A DNA stretch of 31,155 bases. It comes from Verrucomicrobiota bacterium. GTDB taxonomy: Bacteria; Verrucomicrobiota; Verrucomicrobiia; Limisphaerales; CANJXF01. Below, one piece after another: positions 18,309 to 24,137 of the stretch. Positions within the stretch are counted from its first letter, which is position 1, and each line of letters opens with the position of its first letter. The DNA lies in the NCBI GenBank assembly GCA_038214755.1, contig JBBQRQ010000060.1, positions 1 through 31,155 of the forward strand, read 5' to 3'. Under the pieces are notes generated by a model. It did no database searches. It saw only the letters and a program-made list of their open reading frames with translations, and was not told the DNA's origin. A program made the translations under genes and the position numbers.

Positions 18309-18418
18309 TAACTGTGTGTGCAACGTTTCGGCCGTGATAAACTGCGAAAAAAGTTTGCCGCAACCTAAAAGTCGGTACGTCTGAGGCCGTTTTGATGGTT
18401 ACGAATGTTCCTGCCGTT

Positions 18419-21400
18419 TTATGAATTCACCGACTCACCGATCCATTCCTCACTTGGCAGAGCATACGGCCGGAATAATTCGAGGTAACCCTCCTGCTCG
18501 TTGTAGAAGAGCGCGCGATGCAGGCCGAGCGAACTGGCTTTCGGATTGTCAATAAGGCTGGCGGAATCATTGGCGCTCATTTGGAAGAGCACGCGCATTT
18601 CAAATTCGCTGAACGCTTTTTTGCTCAGGAATCGATTCACATTGTTATAGGTGTCGCAAGTCGCGATCACGTGGATGCCGTGGCTCGGCCCTTCACTGAT
18701 AATTTTGTTCAACTGCGTGGCGGGATTGGCAGCGGCATCCGCGTCGCTCGAAAAACTAAAATCATCTTCGTAACGCAGCTTGCCGAATTTCTGGAGGCCA
18801 TGAATGACGAGGAAGGTCGTGGATGCATCGTTCGCGTCGCTTTGCTCGACGCGGTCTTTCAATTCAGTCGCAAGCCCGTTCATGATTTCCGGCAACTCGT
18901 TTTGCTTGGCAAGAGTTATCGTATTCGGAAGCCCGTTCGCAATGTTTTCGAAAAGCTCGTGCTGCGGCGATCCTGACGGATTTCCATCGAACAAAATAAT
19001 CCGACAAGTTCCTTCCGGAAATTGCGCGGCGAGAGAAACCAATCCCACGCCTAAAATCGCGAGAATGGCTTCGTCGCGTTGTCCGACGATGAGAAGATTA
19101 TTTCCGCTTTGCTTTTTGAAAACGACTTCGGTCGGGCCTTTGATGGAATTGGGCGCACCCAGCCAGATGCGAGCGACGCTTGGGGCTGTGATTGGTTTTG
19201 TCCGCAACAAATTCTGCAAAATTAAATTTTCACGAACGTCGGCGGGCGCGTCTCCTTCGAAAACAATTGGGCCCGGATAAATTTTTCCACTGGTCTCAGC
19301 GCGTCGTCGAACTTTCTCAAGGTAACTGTCGCGCACTTCGTCGGGGAGCCACACAGCTTGGAAAGGACTGTTGCCTTGAATATTTCCGGCCGCGTCGTTG
19401 TAAATTCCTTCGCCGGGCCGGGAGAGAAGACGCGGCGCTGGATTATTGTCGTCCATGATGAGATAGGCATCGGCTTCGTTACATTGCAGCGCGATACGAA
19501 TCACCATTTGACCCATCGTCGTGCGCGCCACCGTGTAAGCGCCGCCCAGAGTTTGCGAGCCGAGCAACACATGAATTCCGAACGCGCGACCTTGCCGGAC
19601 GATTCGATCCAGCAAGCCGGATGCGCTCTGAGAAATCCGATCATCCTCGACGAAAAATTCCTGAAACTCATCAACGATCAAAAGCGAACGCGGCATCGAT
19701 TCGGTTCCGCCCGCTTTTTTGTAGCCGGCAATGTCCTGGACGCCGAGCGCGCGAAACAAATCGCCGCGCCGTTTCAATTCGTGATCGATCCGTTGCAAAA
19801 CGCTCAGCCCAAATTCGCGATCGCTTTCAATCGCGACGACCCGCCCGTGCGGCAATTTGTTTTCCGCGTAACATTTGAACTCGACGCCTTTTTTGAAATC
19901 GATGAGATAAAATTCCACTTCATCGGGACTGCACCACAGCGCGAGGTTGGTGATGATGACGTGAAACAAAGTCGATTTGCCGGAACCGGTTTTGCCCGCG
20001 ACCAACGCGTGTTGACGAGTGCCTTTTCCGATGGCGAGATACTGCAATTTCGTCGCGCCCGTTCGGCCAATGGGCACGCGAAGTTCCGTCGTCGTTTCTT
20101 CGCTCCACATCTGCGCATCGGTTGGCGCGACGTGCTCGAACGGAACTTCGACACGATTTGAATCGCGGCTGCTCTTGCCAACTTTCTGAATAAAGTCCGT
20201 GACGAAATCCGCGGCGGGCGGAGCGTCGAGCAACAGATTTGTCCCGGGAAAAAATTTGCCGGCCAGCGTGAATTTATTTCCTTTGGCGACCAGCGTGACG
20301 CTGCTTTTCCGCAATTCATCTGGCACAAATTGCGGCGGCTCCGTTTGCGTATGATCCCAGTGAATCAACGTGTAAACGCCGCAGCGCGCGCCGCTGGTGG
20401 CGATGCTCAACAAACGTTTGGCTGCCACATCGCTAAAATTCGCGGGGAAATTTGCCACCACCAGAAAATGATATTTCTCCGCGATGTTGCCGGCTTGCTC
20501 GTTGTATTCGGCGATCGTCGCGTATTCATTTCGCAGATACATCTGGATGACTTTTTCCATGTGCTCGTTGAGGTCGGCGAGCTTTTCTTCGATTTGCGCG
20601 GGCTGGGTCCAAATGCGGTTGTTAATCACGTGCTCGGCCAGATCGGCGAGATGCATCACGCCCGAAAAATTTTGTCCAAGCCCAATCGGATCGATGACGG
20701 TGAAACTTAATCGCCCCGGCGGCGCGACAGAGAGCAGGCGCAGAATAATATTGTTCAACGCCGCGACGGCTTGCTCGCGCCCGGACTCTTTTGTTTCGAT
20801 CAGAAGGGAGCCTTCGTTTGGATAGGCGAGCAACAGCGGCGATGAAAATTGCCCGGGGCCGGGTAGAACCAGCCGCGGGTCTTTCGGAATTGCGCCCGCC
20901 AGTTTTTCGAGATCCACTTCCAAGTGAGCAAACGGCGCAGCCTGCTCAAAATTTTTCGGAGGCGTCCAATTTTTCCACGTGGAGAAATTCCAATTTGGAA
21001 AAATTTTTTCCGCGGTCAGGTTTACCGTGAGGATTGATTCATAAAGCGGCGTGATTTTAGTTTTCCAATCCACTTCCAAACTTCGCCATTCCTCTTGGTA
21101 ACGTGAATCGAGTTGCGATTCTTTTTCCGATGAAAGGTTTTTGGCTTCCATTTTTTGCGCCTGCGTATCGCGCTCAAAACTTTTAATCAATTCCTCGTGG
21201 TCTTCTTCCAACCGTTCGCGTCGGAAGCGGGATTGATCTTCATGCTGCGTAAAAACGCGCGTGTGTTTTGCATCGATTTGCGGCGGAGTCAGTCCGCGTT
21301 TTTCCGCGGCAGTTTCCAACGTCTCGCGCCATTCGTTTTCAATCCATTGACCTTTGTTTTTAAATTCGTTCTCGACACGCTCGACTTCGCGCGCGTAGCG

Positions 21401-22303
21401 CGAATCGCTTTTCGCCACGCAAATCTCATGCAGCCTCCCCGCTTTCACCAGCGCGTCGGCAATCGCCGTCGCCAGCGGCTTCGTCTGGCGTTGGCCGATC
21501 CAATGCAAAATAAATCCGACAACAAAAATTGCGCCCACCACCGCGCCTGCATCTCGATACGAAAAGGAATTGATTCCGAATTGTTGAAGGACCAGCACGA
21601 GTGGAACCAGGCAAAGCGCCAGCAGCGATAACGCGATGCGATGTTGGAAAACTTTGGGCAAAACAAATTTCTGAAAGCGCCCTAGATCCTCGCGCGTTTT
21701 GTTGAGCAGAGCATCCAGTTCCGCGATCAATTGATATTCATCTTTGGCGAGGTCGGATTCCGCCAGCTCACGCGAACCAGAAAGTGCGCGCACAAATTTC
21801 CCGTAACCTTTGAATGAGTCGCGCGCCTTTTTTTCCAACTCGGTCAAAACTTCTTTTTCCTGAGCGAGACTGGTTTTGAATTCGACGACGATTTTCTCCG
21901 CGTTGGCCCGCCCGCCTTCGTGCGTGCGATGCATCTGCATCGTCTCGGTTTGCAGTTTGTGTTTTCGGCGTCCTTCCAAATCAGCAATCGTGTCTAGCGC
22001 GCGTTTGTGGCTGGATTTGAGCGCGCGACCGATCCAGGACTTGCGCGCTTTGTATTTCGTCTCGGCGATTTCTTTTTGCGTCTGAAAATTCGCGCTTCTT
22101 TTCGCCAGAGTTTCCGCGAGGCGATGGTCCAATTTCTCAATCGTTTTATCGCGGCGCGATTGTTCGGCGGCGATGGCAGCGTGGAATTCCTGATTCAGTT
22201 TTTCCTCGCGCGCGGCGAAATCCGCGACGGTCTTTTGCAGAACCTCCACCAATTCCATCGTTTGCCTTACGCCGGCATGGCCGCGATTTACGTCGGAAAT
22301 CAT
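18419..22303 (-). CDS. FtsK/SpoIIIE-domain ATPase, EccC/EssC-like, with long coiled-coil and TM hairpin (start uncertain; frame open to 22372)
   Basis: HALVAGKTGSGKST Walker A, LIDFKKGVEF, LLIVDEFQE Walker B, RQGRAFGIHVLLGSQ, RIAL. Two additional degenerate RecA-like domains flank it; co-oriented downstream of the WXG100 genes. Confidence 0.88.
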   Translation of the reverse strand: MISDVNRGHAGVRQTMELVEVLQKTVADFAAREEKLNQEFHAAIAAEQSRRDKTIEKLDHRLAETLAKRSANFQTQKEIAETKYKARKSWIGRALKSSHKRALDTIADLEGRRKHKLQTETMQMHRTHEGGRANAEKIVVEFKTSLAQEKEVLTELEKKARDSFKGYGKFVRALSGSRELAESDLAKDEYQLIAELDALLNKTREDLGRFQKFVLPKVFQHRIALSLLALCLVPLVLVLQQFGINSFSYRDAGAVVGAIFVVGFILHWIGQRQTKPLATAIADALVKAGRLHEICVAKSDSRYAREVERVENEFKNKGQWIENEWRETLETAAEKRGLTPPQIDAKHTRVFTQHEDQSRFRRERLEEDHEELIKSFERDTQAQKMEAKNLSSEKESQLDSRYQEEWRSLEVDWKTKITPLYESILTVNLTAEKIFPNWNFSTWKNWTPPKNFEQAAPFAHLEVDLEKLAGAIPKDPRLVLPGPGQFSSPLLLAYPNEGSLLIETKESGREQAVAALNNIILRLLSVAPPGRLSFTVIDPIGLGQNFSGVMHLADLAEHVINNRIWTQPAQIEEKLADLNEHMEKVIQMYLRNEYATIAEYNEQAGNIAEKYHFLVVANFPANFSDVAAKRLLSIATSGARCGVYTLIHWDHTQTEPPQFVPDELRKSSVTLVAKGNKFTLAGKFFPGTNLLLDAPPAADFVTDFIQKVGKSSRDSNRVEVPFEHVAPTDAQMWSEETTTELRVPIGRTGATKLQYLAIGKGTRQHALVAGKTGSGKSTLFHVIITNLALWCSPDEVEFYLIDFKKGVEFKCYAENKLPHGRVVAIESDREFGLSVLQRIDHELKRRGDLFRALGVQDIAGYKKAGGTESMPRSLLIVDEFQEFFVEDDRISQSASGLLDRIVRQGRAFGIHVLLGSQTLGGAYTVARTTMGQMVIRIALQCNEADAYLIMDDNNPAPRLLSRPGEGIYNDAAGNIQGNSPFQAVWLPDEVRDSYLEKVRRRAETSGKIYPGPIVFEGDAPADVRENLILQNLLRTKPITAPSVARIWLGAPNSIKGPTEVVFKKQSGNNLLIVGQRDEAILAILGVGLVSLAAQFPEGTCRIILFDGNPSGSPQHELFENIANGLPNTITLAKQNELPEIMNGLATELKDRVEQSDANDASTTFLVIHGLQKFGKLRYEDDFSFSSDADAAANPATQLNKIISEGPSHGIHVIATCDTYNNVNRFLSKKAFSEFEMRVLFQMSANDSASLIDNPKASSLGLHRALFYNEQEGYLELFRPYALPSEEWIGESVNS

Positions 22304-22304
22304 C

Positions 22305-22399
22305 GGAGCGCGGACTTCAGTCCGCTTCAATGGTGATGCTTCATTTGAGATTAACATTTTTCCAATTTCCAAATTGAAGCGGCGTCAACGCCGCGCTCC
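22305..22399. repeat. GGAG-foot REP doublet at the WXG100/ATPase junction
   Basis: GGAGCGCGGACTTCAGTCCGCTTCAAT (22305-22331) and ATTGAAGCGGCGTCAACGCCGCGCTCC (22373-22399); same family as 30844-30942. Confidence 0.85.
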
Positions 22400-22404
22400 T
22401 TGGC

Positions 22405-22617
22405 CTATTCGCAATCTGTCCGGATTTTGTGGAGAAGTTTGTCCAATTGATCCATCACTGCCACGGCGGTATCGACTCCGTCAAAAAGTTCTTCCAAATA
22501 TTTTCGCTCGAATTCTGCGCTCTTGGCGTCGCGCCAATATTCTTTCGTCTGCTTCCAATTCATCAACAACTCTTTGGTGATCGTCGCAAGCTGGGTTTTG
22601 TTGGCGCTCAAACTCAC
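22405..22617 (-). CDS. Small WXG100-like helical protein
   Basis: 70 aa, helix-W(RD)-helix (YWRDAKSAEFERKY), parallel to WQDQEHEKF in the neighbouring WXG100 protein; GTG start overlaps the upstream TGA. Confidence 0.65.
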   Translation of the reverse strand: MSLSANKTQLATITKELLMNWKQTKEYWRDAKSAEFERKYLEELFDGVDTAVAVMDQLDKLLHKIRTDCE

Positions 22618-23273
22618 GATGAATCCTCCTCCGAAAAGGGTAGCGCGGGCGACCCGCCCGCCCCGGTTGGCGACCCGCCAACCGGAATGGGAGAGGCGTG
22701 ATTTTGTGAGCGACGTTTTTCTACACGTTGAGCATCTCCGCTCGTTCCGTCCGGCGAGTCGCCGGACGGGACAGGCGAGTCGCCTGTGCTACCCGTCGTT
22801 GGTGAAACGCCACCATAGGCTTGCAAGGACTTCACCGCCTCTCGCAAATACGCAATCGCTTCCGGCAAATTGCTCACGAGAACAGTTTGTAATTTTTCCA
22901 ATTGCTTGGCCAGCGGTTCGACTTGGCTCCCGAAATCGCGGTTCCATTTTTTTACGACCTTCAATTTTTCTTCCGCTCCCGCGAGAGCGCGTTTGGCCTT
23001 GAGCACTGCCATTCGTTCGGCGGAAGAGACTTCGCGCAAATTGGAAAGCTCCGCGCTGAACTGGGCCTGTTGCGCGTCCTGAAGTTTTTGCGTGGCGCGC
23101 CGCACTTGCGCTTCCCAAAAAACCCGGCGATCACTTTCGAGCCAGCCGCGCGCGCGAATCACATTGTCGCTGACTTCTTCGAGAGTGGGGCGCGCTTTGC
23201 TGAGGTAAACGATCAGGTTTGTGCGGAAAGATTCCAACGCTTCAACGGAAGTAACATTGGCGCGGGTCGGCAT
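22614..23273 (-). CDS. Helical coiled-coil protein of the WXG100/type VII-like locus, with REP-derived C-terminal tail
   Basis: ANVTSVEALESFR N-terminus; amphipathic helices to LQAY, then a low-complexity tail encoded by a repeat; 1 nt after the WXG100 stop. Confidence 0.7.
   Translation of the reverse strand: MPTRANVTSVEALESFRTNLIVYLSKARPTLEEVSDNVIRARGWLESDRRVFWEAQVRRATQKLQDAQQAQFSAELSNLREVSSAERMAVLKAKRALAGAEEKLKVVKKWNRDFGSQVEPLAKQLEKLQTVLVSNLPEAIAYLREAVKSLQAYGGVSPTTGSTGDSPVPSGDSPDGTSGDAQRVEKRRSQNHASPIPVGGSPTGAGGSPALPFSEEDSS
22638..22794. repeat. GTAG-foot double-hairpin REP doublet, in frame at the 3' end of the gene
   Basis: GGGTAGCGCGGGCGACCCGCCCGCCCCGGTTGGCGACCCGCCAACCGGA (22638-22686); inverted partner 22746-22794 reads GGGTAGCACAGGCGACTCGCCTGTCCCGTCCGGCGACTCGCCGGACGGA. 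Confidence 0.88.
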
Positions 23274-23274
23274 G

Positions 23275-23547
23275 TTAATGTTGTTTCAAATATTCTTCGA
23301 TGCGTTGCGCCTTGCGCAAAAGATACGGCGTGTGGTGTGTGGAGACTTCCACAAATTTTTTGAACGCCTTCATCGTCTGCCTAAATTCTTCGGAGAATTT
23401 TTCGTGCTCCTGATCTTGCCATGTGTCACCGAGAGCAGCGAAGCGCGCTTGCAACGAAGAAATTTTCGTCTGAAGATCGATGTTGAAACGTTTCAATTCC
23501 TCGGCGAACCGTTTCACTTCGTCGGGATCGATGATGGCCTGCGGCAT
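23275..23547 (-). CDS. WXG100 (ESAT-6-like) family protein
   Basis: 90 aa; IDPDEV..FA..L N-terminus, central LGDTWQD...KF...F turn (WxD variant of WxG), two long helices. Confidence 0.85.
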   Translation of the reverse strand: MPQAIIDPDEVKRFAEELKRFNIDLQTKISSLQARFAALGDTWQDQEHEKFSEEFRQTMKAFKKFVEVSTHHTPYLLRKAQRIEEYLKQH

Positions 23548-23618
23548 GGAAATAGTTTAGGTGGGAAAAGTTTTCGAGGCAAACGGCAATGTGGTGAATG
23601 CATATCTGCGAGAACATC

Positions 23619-23646
23619 TTGAATGAAAATCCAAACGACTTAGACT
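23619..23646 (+). promoter_or_regulatory. Probable sigma70 promoter giving a leaderless hicB transcript
   Basis: TTGAAT-16 nt-TAGACT, with ATG 6 nt after the -10 and no Shine-Dalgarno. Confidence 0.45.
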
Positions 23647-23652
23647 CAAACG

Positions 23653-23871
23653 ATGAAATTAATGCTCACCGCGGTTTATCGGAAGTTTCCCCAAGGCTAT
23701 GCAGCTTTTGTGGAGGAATTGCCCGGTGCGAATTCGCAGGGAGTCACTTTGGAAGAGGCGCGGATCAATCTGACTGAAGCGGTGGTAATGGTGTTGGAAG
23801 CGAATCGTGAACTGATGGAGGAAGAATTGCGCGGGCAAGATGTAATTCGTGAGCCGTTCGCTCTTGCATGA
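23653..23871 (+). CDS. hicB: HicB family antitoxin (short, no DNA-binding domain)
   Basis: GY.A.V.ELPG..SQG.TLEEA..NL.EAV motif. Confidence 0.9.
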   Translation: MKLMLTAVYRKFPQGYAAFVEELPGANSQGVTLEEARINLTEAVVMVLEANRELMEEELRGQDVIREPFALA

Positions 23872-24053
23872 AGCGGCTGGATTTAATCCGGCATCTGGAA
23901 CAGCACGGATGCGAATTTCTGCGGGAAGGCGGGAACCACACTATTTACGTGAATCGAGCAGCGAAAAAAGTTTCTGCTGTTCCGCGTCATCGAGAAATCA
24001 TCGAATTCACTGCGCGAAAAATTTGCAAGGATTTGGATATTCCTCGCCCTTGA
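23868..24053 (+). CDS. hicA: HicA family mRNA interferase toxin
   Basis: MKR.DLI..L...G...LREGGNHTIY.N......VPRH.EI....A.KICK.L.I; ATGA overlap with hicB. Confidence 0.92.
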   Translation: MKRLDLIRHLEQHGCEFLREGGNHTIYVNRAAKKVSAVPRHREIIEFTARKICKDLDIPRP

Positions 24054-24102
24054 GGATTGATTTTTCTATTTCCAAAAACGTACGTCCTTCTTCAATTTTT
24101 TT

Positions 24103-24130
24103 TGTAACCTTTCCTCGCCGTTCCCTCAGG
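24103..24130 (+). promoter_or_regulatory. Possible ECF-type promoter upstream of the kinase
   Basis: TGTAAC (AAC -35 typical of ECF promoters) ~17 nt before TCAG, just upstream of the kinase ATG; weak. Confidence 0.3.
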
Positions 24131-24137
24131 AAAGAGC

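Noticed and set aside
18306..18418. Bidirectional terminator between convergent subtilase and ATPase
   Set aside because: No convincing stem plus U-tract; only a short TGATAACTG direct repeat of unclear meaning.
18419..22372. Cell-division DNA translocase FtsK
   Set aside because: No 4-TM N-terminus or gamma domain; multiple RecA-like domains and WXG100 neighbours.
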